In this document: one piece after another, positions 8,692-18,751 of the stretch
How the letters are laid out: each line of letters begins with the position of its first letter
Position numbering within the stretch: position 1 is the first letter of the stretch
Translations under genes and position numbers: made by a program
Origin: an uncultured Desulfovibrio sp.
GTDB taxonomy: Bacteria; Desulfobacterota; Desulfovibrionia; Desulfovibrionales; Desulfovibrionaceae
Reading direction: 5' to 3'
Assembly: GCA_964397795.1 (NCBI GenBank)
Contig: CAYNKM010000001.1
Span: 1-39,662, forward strand
Length of the DNA stretch: 39,662 bases
The notes under the pieces: model-generated
What the model was told of the DNA's origin: nothing
What the model saw: the letters and a program-made list of their open reading frames with translations, nothing else
Databases searched by the model: none

Positions 8692-9639
8692 TTATTCTCC
8701 CTGATTGGTCTGGTCCAGTTCCCTTACAAAGGCGGGATCATCCATCCAGTCTTCCCTGACTTTTACCCATAATTCGAGGTGAACCCGCGTTTCCAGAAGT
8801 TCTTCAATGTCCTTGCGGGCTTCCATACCGATTTCCTTTATGCCTTCGCCATTTTTTCCTATAATCATGGCCTTGTAGGAAGGTCTGGCGACATAGATAG
8901 CGGCATGGATTACGGTCAGATTTCTTTCGGGACTCTCTTCCCATTTTTCAATTTCAACAGCCACTCCATAAGGAGCTTCCTGTCTCAAATGCAGGAAAAG
9001 CTTTTCCCTTATTATTTCCGCGACCATAAAGCGCACAGGCGCGGTTGAAATTTGATCTTCAGGAAAGATGGGCGGCGCGATGGGAAGTTTGGATTCAATT
9101 ATAAGTTTTAATCCTTCCAGTCCATCCCTGCTTTTGGCGGAAACAGGATAAATTTCCGCTCTGGGCCACAATTCTCCAATTTTGGTAAGAAGGGGCAAAA
9201 GTTTACTCTTGTCGGCAAAGAGGTCAATTTTATTGGGTACCACAATAAGTGGCCTCTTGTCTTCAGCCAGGGCGTCCGCCAGAGCCACAAGATCGCGCTC
9301 CAGATATTCCGGATGATTAATATACAGCTGGGCGTCCAGAACCAGCATATTGACATTGGCCTGGGCCAAACTTTGCCAGACAGCCTGACTCATGGTCTTG
9401 TTAAGATGGCCTCTCATTTTGGTGATGCCGGGAGTATCCATAAAAATAATCTGGGCATCCTCGTCAGTAAGAATTCCAACAATCTGATTGCGAGTAGTTT
9501 GAGGCCTGGGCGTTACGATTGTCACTTTCTGGCCCAAAAGGGAATTGAGAAGAGTTGACTTTCCGGCATTGGGAGGGCCCATCAAGGCTACCCAACCGCA
9601 ATGAAAATCAGAATTATCGCCCGTTAAATTTTCACTCAT
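8692..9639 (-). CDS. era: GTPase Era
   Basis: GPPNAGKSTLLN, PQTTR, DTPG and NKID, plus a C-terminal KH domain IIGKNGEGIK...LELWVKV. Confidence 0.97.
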   Translation of the reverse strand: MSENLTGDNSDFHCGWVALMGPPNAGKSTLLNSLLGQKVTIVTPRPQTTRNQIVGILTDEDAQIIFMDTPGITKMRGHLNKTMSQAVWQSLAQANVNMLVLDAQLYINHPEYLERDLVALADALAEDKRPLIVVPNKIDLFADKSKLLPLLTKIGELWPRAEIYPVSAKSRDGLEGLKLIIESKLPIAPPIFPEDQISTAPVRFMVAEIIREKLFLHLRQEAPYGVAVEIEKWEESPERNLTVIHAAIYVARPSYKAMIIGKNGEGIKEIGMEARKDIEELLETRVHLELWVKVREDWMDDPAFVRELDQTNQGE

Positions 9640-9661
9640 TATTTACCATCCATATTTTTAA

Positions 9662-9684
9662 GGGTGAGTCATTGCGACCCACCC
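9662..9684 (-). other. Intergenic stem-loop between pgk and era, without a U tract
   Basis: Minus strand reads GGGTGGGTC-GCAAT-GACTCACCC (9 bp stem with one G-U pair). It could be an mRNA stabiliser or a weak terminator. Confidence 0.5.
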
Positions 9685-9708
9685 AAAATTTATAAAACAG
9701 GAAGATGA

Positions 9709-10878
9709 TTAAGCCCTGTCCTGCAAGGCAGCCACTGAAGGAAGAATTTTGCCTTCCAAAAGTTCCAGAGACGCTCCGCCGCCTGTGGAAATATAACCCA
9801 TTTTATCCGCCAGACCGTAGCTTTCCACTGCGGATACGCTATCTCCCCCGCCGACAACGACAAAAGCGCCGGACTTGACCAAAAATTCGGCCAACTCCCT
9901 TGTTCCCTTGCCAAAAGGTTCAGTTTCAAAAGCACCAACCGGTCCATTCCAGACAACCGTCCTGGCAGGAGTGAGAATCTTTTCATAAAGCTTAACAGTT
10001 TCAGGCCCGATATCAAGAATCATTTCATCGGCAGGAACCTGATCAACAGGATGGACGCTCACTTTCTGTCCCGGCGCCAGCTCTTTTGCGGTCACCACGT
10101 CAACTGGCAAGGGCAGTTGTTTTCCCTCTGCCTTTGCGGTCTCCATGATCTTTTTGGCTTCTGGAATCAAATCCGGTTCGTAGAGGGATTTTCCCACATT
10201 AAAGCCAGCGGCTGCAAGGAATGTATTCGCGATTCCACCGCCAACAATAAGAATATCAACTTTTTTCAGCAAATTATCCAGCAAGCCAAGCTTGGTTGAA
10301 ACTTTTGACCCGCCTATGATTGCGGCCAGAGGCCGTTCTGGATTATCAAGCACCTTTGCAAAGGCGTCAAGCTCCGCTTCCATAAGAGGACCTGCCGCCG
10401 CTATCCTGGCCTTGCGGACCGCGCCTTCTGTTGAAGCATGGGCACGATGGGCCGCGCCAAAAGCATCCATTATATATACTTCGCCAAGATCCGCCAGTTT
10501 TTGGGCAAGAGCGGGGTCGTTCTTTTTCTCACCCTTAAAAAAGCGGATATTTTCAACCAGCGCAACCTGACCAGGAGCGGGTTTGGCGTTTTCAATATCT
10601 TCGGCAACTGTGACCTGTTCACCCAAAAGCTGACCCAAATGGGCGGCAACAGGTTTCAGGGAAAATTTTTCTTCAAACTCCCCTTCTGTAGGACGACCGA
10701 GATGGGAAAGAACTATCACAGCCGCGCCCTTATCAAGAGCCATTTTTATGGTCGGCAGTGCCGCCCTTATTCTCTTGTCGTTGGTAATCTTGCCATCCTT
10801 CATGGGGACATTAAGATCTTCCCGAATTACCACGGTTTTGCCCTTTACATCCAGATCTTTCAAGCTTTTAATAGCCAT
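9709..10878 (-). CDS. pgk: Phosphoglycerate kinase
   Basis: Motifs REDLNVP, SHLGRP, DAFGAAHRAHAS, GGSKVSTK, GGGDS and ISTGGGASLE. Confidence 0.98.
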   Translation of the reverse strand: MAIKSLKDLDVKGKTVVIREDLNVPMKDGKITNDKRIRAALPTIKMALDKGAAVIVLSHLGRPTEGEFEEKFSLKPVAAHLGQLLGEQVTVAEDIENAKPAPGQVALVENIRFFKGEKKNDPALAQKLADLGEVYIMDAFGAAHRAHASTEGAVRKARIAAAGPLMEAELDAFAKVLDNPERPLAAIIGGSKVSTKLGLLDNLLKKVDILIVGGGIANTFLAAAGFNVGKSLYEPDLIPEAKKIMETAKAEGKQLPLPVDVVTAKELAPGQKVSVHPVDQVPADEMILDIGPETVKLYEKILTPARTVVWNGPVGAFETEPFGKGTRELAEFLVKSGAFVVVGGGDSVSAVESYGLADKMGYISTGGGASLELLEGKILPSVAALQDRA

Positions 10879-10901
10879 AGCGAACTCCCTGAATTCCTAA
10901 T

Positions 10902-12899
10902 TTATTTTTTCAGCAGTTTTTCTGCCCGCTGAACTATATTATCCACAGTGAAACCAAATTTATCAAACAGAAGTTTTCCTGGCGCGGAAGAACCAAAATA
11001 ATTTATTCCAACAACTTCGCCATCCAGCCCCACATATTTGCGCCACAGATCCGGAGAGGAAGCCTCAATTGCCAAACGGCAAGTCACGTTGTCAGGCAGA
11101 ACACTTTTGCGCCATTCTTCTGGTTGAGCGTCAAACACCTCTGTGCATGGCATTGAAACCACCCTGCAGGCATATCCTTTCTGGGCAAGGATAGCGGCCG
11201 CGTCAACAGCAAGGAAAGTTTCCGATCCTGTGCCTATCAAAATTATATCCGGCTTGCCCGGGCAATCCCTGAGAATATAGCCTCCCCGCATAATGGCTTC
11301 AATTTGTTCGCCCGTGCGATCAATCTGTGGCAAGCCCTGTCTTGAAAGAATCAGACAAGCCGGTCTGGCCGGAGATTGTAGAACATAAATCCAGGCCTGC
11401 GCCGTTTCAATCGCATCGCAAGGCCGCCACAACAACAAATTGGGCAGCAGCCTGAACATGGGGATTTGTTCTATTGGCTGGTGAGTCGGTCCGTCTTCAC
11501 CCACTCCAATTGAATCGTGAGTCATAATCCAGATTACCCTCAGGGACATGAGGGCAGAAAGACGAATCGCGTTTTTAGCCTGATCCGAAAAAGAAAGAAA
11601 TGTTCCCGCATATGGAACAAAACCGCCGTGAAGCGCGAGGCCGTTCATTATCGCGCCCATTGCAAATTCGCGTACCCCATAAAAAAGATAATTTCCCATA
11701 TGGGTATCCGGATTATATGGAATTGAAGCCGCGACTTCCGTTCCTACCGAACTGGAAAGATCGGCTGAACCACCGATAAGGGCGGGGTAGTCCGGAACAA
11801 GTTGTTCAAGGCAAATCCTGGAAGAAACCCGCGTAGCCTGCAATCCGGTAACTTTTTCAGCCTGTGCGCGCAATGACTCGCAAATATTTTGCCAGTTTTC
11901 AGGGAGCGCGTCAGAAATCCTGCGTGTAAATTCCCTGGCGAGATCGGGATAACTTTGACTATAGTATTGCCATTTGGCATCCCAGTCCTCTTGAAGATTC
12001 CGGCCTTTTTCAATCGCGCTCCACTCGGCCCTAATCTCTGAAGGAATTTCAAAAGCGGGATAATTGCACCCGAGGAATATTTTGGTTTGAGCGGTTGCCT
12101 CCTCTCCGAGAGGAGCGCCATGGCTGGCGGCTGAATCCTTTTTTGGAGATCCATATCCAATATGAGTGGAGCAGATAATCAGGGTCGGCTTTTCCTTGTC
12201 TCCCCGCGCTTCTTTTATGGCCGCTTCTATTGCTTCCGGATCATGGCCATTAATAGGTCCAATTACCTGCCAGCTATAAGCTTTATATCGCAAGGCGACA
12301 TCTTCATTAAACCATGCCCCGATCTTGCCGTCTATGGATATTCCATTTGAATCATATAGAACAATAAGTTTCCCAAGTTTCCATGTTCCTGCAAGAGAAC
12401 AGGCTTCATGGGAAACACCTTCCATAAGGTCGCCATCTCCGCAAAAGACATAGGTGTAGTGATTTACAATTTCACAATCTGGCTTATTAAATTCCGAAGC
12501 AAGTATTGCTTCTGCCAGTGCGACGCCAACAGCGGAAGCTATCCCCTGACCCAAGGGGCCCGTAGTCATTTCTACCCCTGGCGTAATCCCTCGCTCGGGG
12601 TGGCCTGGCGTTCTGGAAGACCATTGGCGAAAATTTTTTATTTCTTCCAAATCCAGATCATATCCGCTCAAATACAGGATGGCATAGAGGAGCATGGAAG
12701 CGTGGCCATTTGAGAGTATGAAGCGATCCCTGTCGGGCCAGTTCGGATTGGCCGGATTATGCCTGAAGAATCGTCTCCATAAAACTTCAGCCATGTCAGC
12801 CATACCCAGGGGCGCGCCCGGATGGCCGGATTTGGCGCGTTCGATAGCGTCCATGGACAGCGCTCTAACAGCATTGGCACATTCTCGATGAGTAGGCAT
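10902..12899 (-). CDS. tkt: Transketolase
   Basis: Motifs SGHPGAPLG, RDRFILSNGH, TTGPLGQG, GDGDLMEG and THDSIGVGEDGPTHQP. Confidence 0.98.
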   Translation of the reverse strand: MPTHRECANAVRALSMDAIERAKSGHPGAPLGMADMAEVLWRRFFRHNPANPNWPDRDRFILSNGHASMLLYAILYLSGYDLDLEEIKNFRQWSSRTPGHPERGITPGVEMTTGPLGQGIASAVGVALAEAILASEFNKPDCEIVNHYTYVFCGDGDLMEGVSHEACSLAGTWKLGKLIVLYDSNGISIDGKIGAWFNEDVALRYKAYSWQVIGPINGHDPEAIEAAIKEARGDKEKPTLIICSTHIGYGSPKKDSAASHGAPLGEEATAQTKIFLGCNYPAFEIPSEIRAEWSAIEKGRNLQEDWDAKWQYYSQSYPDLAREFTRRISDALPENWQNICESLRAQAEKVTGLQATRVSSRICLEQLVPDYPALIGGSADLSSSVGTEVAASIPYNPDTHMGNYLFYGVREFAMGAIMNGLALHGGFVPYAGTFLSFSDQAKNAIRLSALMSLRVIWIMTHDSIGVGEDGPTHQPIEQIPMFRLLPNLLLWRPCDAIETAQAWIYVLQSPARPACLILSRQGLPQIDRTGEQIEAIMRGGYILRDCPGKPDIILIGTGSETFLAVDAAAILAQKGYACRVVSMPCTEVFDAQPEEWRKSVLPDNVTCRLAIEASSPDLWRKYVGLDGEVVGINYFGSSAPGKLLFDKFGFTVDNIVQRAEKLLKK

Positions 12900-12912
12900 T
12901 GTCTCCCCTTTT

Positions 12913-13638
12913 TTAAGCGTCCGTATGTCTCCAGGTCAGAAGATTTTTCAAGGCGACGGCTTTCCGTCCCTTATGAGTTATATCAAGCGCCCTTTCAAAA
13001 GCTTTACAGGCTGCCGCATAATCTCCCTGTCCAAAAAAGGCGGAACCGGACACCAGAACATCCGCTCCGGCCTCCACCAGTCTGGACGCGTTTTTAAGAG
13101 AAACTCCGCCGTCCACTTCAATAGCAATGTCCGGATAATGGTAATGTTCCAGAAAAAGTCTGCATTCTTCCACTTTTTCAAGCGTTTGGGGTATAAAATC
13201 CTGTCCTGAAAACCCTGGATTAACTCCCATGATCAGAATCAAATCGATCTCGGGCAAAAGCCAGCGCAATCTTTCAATGTTTGTGGCAGGATTCAGGGAT
13301 ATGCCTGCCCTCATGCCAAGCTTGCGGATTTCAGAAAGAGTCTTTTGGGCATGAAGCAAGGCTTCAAGATGAACAACACACAGATCGACTCCAGCCTTGG
13401 CAATGGCCTGCAAGTGGATGTCCGGATTGACAATCATAAGATGGGCGTCAAAAAACAGAGGGCTTGATTTGCGAAGCGCATGAATAAAAGGCGCGCCAAA
13501 GGTGATGTTGGGGACAAATACGCCATCCATGACATCAAGATGAATCCAGGTGATACCCGTATTCCTGACGGCATCCAGTTCCGCTTTCGCGTCAGACAGA
13601 TCCGCGGAAAGAAGGGAAGGCGCAAGAACCGCTTTCAT
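12913..13638 (-). CDS. rpe: Ribulose-phosphate 3-epimerase
   Basis: Motifs APSLLSAD, HLDVMDGVFVPN, DAHLM, MGVNPGFSGQ and IEVDGG. Confidence 0.97.
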   Translation of the reverse strand: MKAVLAPSLLSADLSDAKAELDAVRNTGITWIHLDVMDGVFVPNITFGAPFIHALRKSSPLFFDAHLMIVNPDIHLQAIAKAGVDLCVVHLEALLHAQKTLSEIRKLGMRAGISLNPATNIERLRWLLPEIDLILIMGVNPGFSGQDFIPQTLEKVEECRLFLEHYHYPDIAIEVDGGVSLKNASRLVEAGADVLVSGSAFFGQGDYAAACKAFERALDITHKGRKAVALKNLLTWRHTDA

Positions 13639-14009
13639 TGGCCCATACGCGCGGACAAAAGTTTTTGAATAGCTACCAGTTCCCGTTCAAGCATATTAAT
13701 AAAAGAAGAATCCGGAGTTTTGTCTATATTTTTGCCCTTTTCATTATCCAGAATTTTTCTCGCCCCCTCAATAGTCATGCCTTTTTCATAAAGCAGGACC
13801 TGAATCTGGCGGAGCAAGGCAATATGATTTTCAGTATATCTGCGTTGGCCTTTCCCTGTCCGTATTGAGGCAATCTGGGGAAACTCATCTTCCCAGTAAC
13901 GCAACGCGCTTGTATTCAGGTTTAAAAGAGCCGCCACTTCGCCAATTCGATATGTCCTTTCTTCATCCATGCTCAAAAACTCCATGAAGGGGTCTTTGTC
14001 AAGCGACAT
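13635..14009 (-). CDS. MerR-family transcriptional regulator (pheT-linked type)
   Basis: YRIGEVAALL...LRYWEDEFP...GQRRY...LLYEKGMTIEGAR. The start may be a few codons downstream. Confidence 0.88.
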   Translation of the reverse strand: MSLDKDPFMEFLSMDEERTYRIGEVAALLNLNTSALRYWEDEFPQIASIRTGKGQRRYTENHIALLRQIQVLLYEKGMTIEGARKILDNEKGKNIDKTPDSSFINMLERELVAIQKLLSARMGQ

Positions 14010-14059
14010 AAATACTGGTCTTTAAACATGGGACACAGAACTGTCCGCCACCAGGATGC

Positions 14060-16450
14060 CTAAATTTTTACATTCAATTCCTTATTAAGGAAGTTTGCCA
14101 CTTTTTCCCTCTCCCTGTCCACCTCACTATCCTTGAGGGTCCGGTCAGGGTGACGGAAAGTCAGGCGGAATGTCAAGTTTCTTTCCCCGCCGGTTTCAGG
14201 AAAATAGCAGTCAACAAGCGCCGCGCCTTCAAGGAAAGGAATATTTAAAACAAATATTTTTTCAAGAATATCGGCTATTTTTATATCATCTCCGGCTGCT
14301 ATTGTCATATCCCTGCGAATGGGAGGATAGACGGAAAGAGCCTCAAAGGTTCTTTTTGCGAACGCGTTTAATTTTTGCAGGATTTCCATGTCCAGTTCGG
14401 CCAGCCAGACGTCCTTCCTGGCATTGTAGGCGTCCGCGATATCCGGTTTAACCCGTCCGGCAAAGCCTGCGATCTTGCCTTCAATGCTCACTTCCACACA
14501 GGGAGACAGGAATGGGTGATCCTTTTTGGGCGACCAGGAGATTTTGTCAAGATGCAAAAAATTAAACAGGTTTTCTATAAGACCCTTGATATCGGAATAA
14601 TCAAAATCCCTGTTTTCATGCGGCCATCTGGACTCATTGCTTAAGCCTGAAAGAATAATTCCGAACAAGGGAAGTTCCCTTACTCCGGTCTCCTCATCCT
14701 TTTCTTCAAAAAAGGCGGAAGCCACTTCAAAGATCTTTATGCTTTGAGCGCCAAACGCGAGATTATTTGATAAATCCTGCAGTAAACCAGGAGCAAGGCT
14801 GCTTCTTAAAACATTCTGATCTTCCGAAAGCGGATTAAATATGCCAATCCTTTTTTCTTCAGGTAATGAAAGGCGGTTCAAATCTTCCTGACCGACAAAG
14901 CTGTAGTTAATCGCTTCATTAAGCCCAAGTCCGGCTGCCCAATGTTTAACAGACTGCCGGAACATATACGCGGGATCGTCGGAAAGACTATCATTCAAGG
15001 TTCTTCTTACCGGAGGAAGGGAGGGAGGAATCTTGTCAATTCCATAAACCCTGCCGACTTCTTCAACGAGATCGGCAGATCTGGTTAAATCTGGACGCCA
15101 GGAAGGCTGGATCACATTCCAGTCATCCCCGGCGCCCTCCTCGACAGAGCATCCCAGGGAAGAAAGCGTCGTTTTGTGAAAATTTTCAGAAAGATCAAGT
15201 CCCAGAACCTTATTGCTTCTGGAAGGTTTATAGGAAATTTTCTCAGGAACAAAGGGTCGAGGCTCAACCTTGCTTAAGCCTTTCAGAACCTGTCCGCCAC
15301 CCAGGGAAGCGATAAGACTGCTTGCGCGATCAAGCGCCCTTACAGTTCCCAGCTGATCAATTCCCCTTTCAAAACGGTATGACGCTTCAGAACTCAAACC
15401 CAGCCTTCTCGAGGTTTTTCTTATTGTCTGAGGTCTGAAAACAGCGCTTTCCAGAAAAACATTCCTGCTCGAGGAATCAATTTCGGTATTTAAACCGCCC
15501 ATTACACCGGCAAGGCCAATGACTCGTTCCGCATCGCAAATACACAAGTCATCTTCTGTCAGATGTCTTTCCTTGCCATCCAGGGTTGTAAAGATCTCAC
15601 CTTTTTTCCCGGATCGGACATTGATTTGCCTACCTTTCAATTTATCCAGATCAAAAGAATGCAGAGGCTGTCCCATCTCCATCAGTATATAATTTGTAAC
15701 ATCAACAATATTGGAGACAGGCCTTACGCCGGCGGCCAGCAAGCGATACCTGAGGGACATGGGGGATTGTTTCACAGTGATATTGGAAATAATCCTGCCA
15801 CTGTAAAGCCAGCATAAATCCGGATTTTCTATTTGAATGGGAACAATATTTTCAGTTCCCGACAAATCAAGGGGAGCATCAGGCATTTTTAAAGGTAAAT
15901 TCCATATCTGGGCGGTTTCTCTGGCGATTCCCAGAATGGAAAGGCAATCCGCGCGGTTGGGCGTTATGGAAATATCCAGCACTTCAGTTTCCATTGAAAG
16001 CGCATCGGTAATTTTTTTTCCAATTTCCGCGCTTTCAGGCAGAACCATAATTCCGGAATGATCATCGCTCAAGCCAAGCTCCCTTTCTGAACAAATCATT
16101 CCATGAGAAGGCTGACCACGAAGCTTTGCTTTCTTTATGACTGTTCCATCCGGTAATTTGCACCCTGGAGGAGCGACAGCCACTTTCTGACCCGCGGCGA
16201 CATTTGGAGCCCCGCATACTATGCCCACGAGTTCTCCCTGACCCAAATCCACCTTGCAGCAGTGAAGGTGATTGGAATCAGGGTGCGGCACGCACTGTAC
16301 AACATGCCCGACAATTATTCCATCCAGGCTGGAAAAGGGATTTATTATTTCTTCCAGCTCAAGGCCGCGCATGGTCAATTTATCGCCCAATTCCTGGGCA
16401 GTACCTTCATAAGGAGTAAATTCTCTTAACCAGCCAAGGGGAACAAGCAT
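14060..16450 (-). CDS. pheT: Phenylalanine--tRNA ligase beta subunit
   Basis: N-terminal WLREF, tRNA-binding OB fold (IVCGAPNV, GMICSERELG), TPNRADCLS, SYRFERG and a C-terminal anticodon-binding domain. Confidence 0.98.
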   Translation of the reverse strand: MLVPLGWLREFTPYEGTAQELGDKLTMRGLELEEIINPFSSLDGIIVGHVVQCVPHPDSNHLHCCKVDLGQGELVGIVCGAPNVAAGQKVAVAPPGCKLPDGTVIKKAKLRGQPSHGMICSERELGLSDDHSGIMVLPESAEIGKKITDALSMETEVLDISITPNRADCLSILGIARETAQIWNLPLKMPDAPLDLSGTENIVPIQIENPDLCWLYSGRIISNITVKQSPMSLRYRLLAAGVRPVSNIVDVTNYILMEMGQPLHSFDLDKLKGRQINVRSGKKGEIFTTLDGKERHLTEDDLCICDAERVIGLAGVMGGLNTEIDSSSRNVFLESAVFRPQTIRKTSRRLGLSSEASYRFERGIDQLGTVRALDRASSLIASLGGGQVLKGLSKVEPRPFVPEKISYKPSRSNKVLGLDLSENFHKTTLSSLGCSVEEGAGDDWNVIQPSWRPDLTRSADLVEEVGRVYGIDKIPPSLPPVRRTLNDSLSDDPAYMFRQSVKHWAAGLGLNEAINYSFVGQEDLNRLSLPEEKRIGIFNPLSEDQNVLRSSLAPGLLQDLSNNLAFGAQSIKIFEVASAFFEEKDEETGVRELPLFGIILSGLSNESRWPHENRDFDYSDIKGLIENLFNFLHLDKISWSPKKDHPFLSPCVEVSIEGKIAGFAGRVKPDIADAYNARKDVWLAELDMEILQKLNAFAKRTFEALSVYPPIRRDMTIAAGDDIKIADILEKIFVLNIPFLEGAALVDCYFPETGGERNLTFRLTFRHPDRTLKDSEVDREREKVANFLNKELNVKI

Positions 16451-16521
16451 ACGGATTTTCCGATTTTAAATATTATTGGCGATAAGTATAAAAGATGCCC
16501 TAAAATTATCTGAACAGGTTA

Positions 16522-16896
16522 TTAAAATTTCCAAAGGGGAGAAGATCTGGCCGGATCAGGAAGCGGGCGGCTTTTCTCCTGCTCTACAGAATGTCCCTGT
16601 ATTTCCATACGGCGACGAACAATCTTTTTTTCTTCCGGGCGGCTGTCATCCAGGCTATTCCCATACGCATCCGTATAACCCCTTCCTCCTGAAGGAGTTT
16701 GTCCAATGGATCTTCCTGGAATATTTTCCAGATGCCGCGGCCCGCCAGGGGGCTCCATGCCGCTATGTCTTGGACTGAAAGCGGAGCGCGAATACAAATT
16801 TGCCGGTATCAATACAAACAATAGCAGCAGGGAGAAAATAAAAGTATTTTTACAGATTTGCCTGTCTGCCAAACTGCGCCAGAAAACGTATGTCAT
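16522..16896 (-). CDS. Hypothetical exported or membrane-anchored protein between pheS and pheT (start uncertain)
   Basis: ORF fills the pheS-pheT gap on the same strand. It has a hydrophobic stretch [18 protein letters not shown] followed by a Pro/Gly-rich hydrophilic region containing GYTDAYGN. Candidate starts overlap the 3' end of pheS. Confidence 0.55.
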   Translation of the reverse strand: MTYVFWRSLADRQICKNTFIFSLLLLFVLIPANLYSRSAFSPRHSGMEPPGGPRHLENIPGRSIGQTPSGGRGYTDAYGNSLDDSRPEEKKIVRRRMEIQGHSVEQEKSRPLPDPARSSPLWKF

Positions 16897-17902
16897 TTTG
16901 AAAAAACATCCGCAAATCATTTATGCCATATTTAAGCATTGCCACCCTTTCAACCCCAAGCCCAAAAGCGAAGCCACTTAATTCGGGATCATCATATCCT
17001 ACCGCTTCAAAAACAGCGGGATCCACCATCCCCGAACCCAGGATTTCCACCCAGCCTGTCGTTTTGCAGACCCTGCATGGCTCATTTTCCAGATGTCCCG
17101 CTCCATGACAAAGAACGCAGGAAATATCAACCTCAACAGATGGTTCAGTAAACGGGAAAAAGCTGGGTCTGAAACGGACTCTTGTAGCGTCTCCAAATAC
17201 CGAACGTACAAATGCGGAAAGTATTCCCCGCAAATCTCCCAGACTTATGCCATATCCCACCATTAGACCCTCGATCTGATGAAACATGGGCGTATGGGTA
17301 AGATCCGAGTCGCGTCTATAAACCTTGCCCGGGGCGATAATCGCCAGGGGAGGTTTACGCTTCAGCATGGTTCGCACCTGTACGGGAGAAGTATGAGTCC
17401 GCAAAAGAGTCTGGCTATCTATATACAAAGTATCCTGCATATCCCTTGCGGGATGCTCGGGAGGCATATTGAGAAATTCAAAATTGAAACGATCTATTTC
17501 CACTTCCGGGCCCTGCACAATATCAAAACCCAGTCTGGTAAAAACAGAGCATATTTCCTCGGTAATCAGGGTGACAGGGTGCAGACTCCCTTCCCAGTAG
17601 GATCTGCCAGGCATTGAATAATCAAAGGCCTTTAGCTTCTTTTCTTCCTTTTCTTTTTCAAGCAAGTCTATCCTTTCCTGAATAAGCTCGCCGCATTTCT
17701 GTTTGACCTGATTTGCGAGCTGCCCCGCTTCTGATCGTTCCTCTTTTGGCAAATCGGGCAAATGAGCCATAATCCTGGCAATTTTGCCTTTTCTGCCAAG
17801 AAACTCAACCCTTAATCCTTCCATGGATTCCAGCGTTGAAATCTTTGAAAGGGCTTCTTCCAGCGAAGGAATCATCCCTTTCAGTTCTTCCTTAAGATCC
17901 AT
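16850..17902 (-). CDS. pheS: Phenylalanine--tRNA ligase alpha subunit
   Basis: Motifs [45 protein letters not shown] and FAFGLGVER. Confidence 0.98.
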   Translation of the reverse strand: MDLKEELKGMIPSLEEALSKISTLESMEGLRVEFLGRKGKIARIMAHLPDLPKEERSEAGQLANQVKQKCGELIQERIDLLEKEKEEKKLKAFDYSMPGRSYWEGSLHPVTLITEEICSVFTRLGFDIVQGPEVEIDRFNFEFLNMPPEHPARDMQDTLYIDSQTLLRTHTSPVQVRTMLKRKPPLAIIAPGKVYRRDSDLTHTPMFHQIEGLMVGYGISLGDLRGILSAFVRSVFGDATRVRFRPSFFPFTEPSVEVDISCVLCHGAGHLENEPCRVCKTTGWVEILGSGMVDPAVFEAVGYDDPELSGFAFGLGVERVAMLKYGINDLRMFFQNDIRFLAQFGRQANL

Positions 17903-17954
17903 TTATATCCAACCCTGTCTGGAAGATGAATTTTTTAAATCCTGTCTGCTTTGT

Positions 17955-18341
17955 CTATTGGGCAGGGACAGGTTTCGCGGCCGTTTCCCGGGAAAGAGCT
18001 TCAGACGCTTTTTGTACCAGCGCCTTGAAATCTTCTTTCTGTTCAATGGCCATATTGGCCAGAACCTTGCGATTTAAATCAATGCCGGCCAATTTCAGCC
18101 CGTGCATAAAACGATTATAATTCAAGCCGCCCTCGCGGACTCCCGCGTTTATTCTCATAATCCATAATGTGCGCATATCACGTTTTCTTTGCTTGCGTCC
18201 ATAAAACGCGTTTGACCAGGCCCTTTCCACAGCCTCCCTGGCGGTACGGTACAGGCGATGGCGGGCGCCGCGATAGCCTTTGGCCAAATCCAGAAATTTC
18301 TTATGTCTTCTATGAGTTGTAACTCCTCTCTTGACGCGCAT
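17955..18341 (-). CDS. rplT: 50S ribosomal protein L20
   Basis: MRVKRG...AKGYRG...[18 protein letters not shown]...LNRKVLA. Confidence 0.97.
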   Translation of the reverse strand: MRVKRGVTTHRRHKKFLDLAKGYRGARHRLYRTAREAVERAWSNAFYGRKQRKRDMRTLWIMRINAGVREGGLNYNRFMHGLKLAGIDLNRKVLANMAIEQKEDFKALVQKASEALSRETAAKPVPAQ

Positions 18342-18472
18342 TGCGTTCCCTCCTTTTCCCGATCAAGGCGGAGGATTGCCCGCCGGGATGATATACAATC
18401 CTGGAATGATTTTTTCTTTATATAGCTCAGGATTTTAAATAACAAATATTTTTCCAGACAAAAACCGCCTTG
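18342..18472 (-). promoter_or_regulatory. Structured rpmI-rplT intergenic RNA, candidate L20 ribosomal protein leader
   Basis: 131-nt spacer with nested helices CAAGGCGG/CCGCCTTG (18465-18472 with 18364-18371) and AATCCTG/CAGGATT (18428-18434 with 18397-18403), next to the rplT Shine-Dalgarno. Confidence 0.45.
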
Positions 18473-18670
18473 TTAGCCGTTGGGAAGCATACGGCGAACG
18501 GCCTTCTCATTTGTCTTGTCAACCAGGGTTATCTGGCCCAGGCGCATCTTGCGCCCGGGAGCCTTTTTTGTGAGTATATGGCGCAGATTCTGCCTTCTGC
18601 GTCTAAATTTTCCGGAGCCTGTCTGCTCGAAACGCTTGGCGGCAGACCGCCTTGTCTTAATTTTTGGCAT
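18473..18670 (-). CDS. rpmI: 50S ribosomal protein L35
   Basis: MPKIKTRRSAAKRF..TGSGK...RHILTKK; ATG at 18670 with a GGAG Shine-Dalgarno. Confidence 0.97.
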   Translation of the reverse strand: MPKIKTRRSAAKRFEQTGSGKFRRRRQNLRHILTKKAPGRKMRLGQITLVDKTNEKAVRRMLPNG

Positions 18671-18751
18671 TGTTTTCTCCTTGACTTTTAATCCGGTAAA
18701 GCCTTTATACAAACTTTTTAAATCTTTCCTTACGACAATCAAGTATGAACG

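Noticed and set aside
8140-8772. 210-aa plus-strand ORF
   Set aside because: It is antisense to yggS and era and has no recognisable domain.
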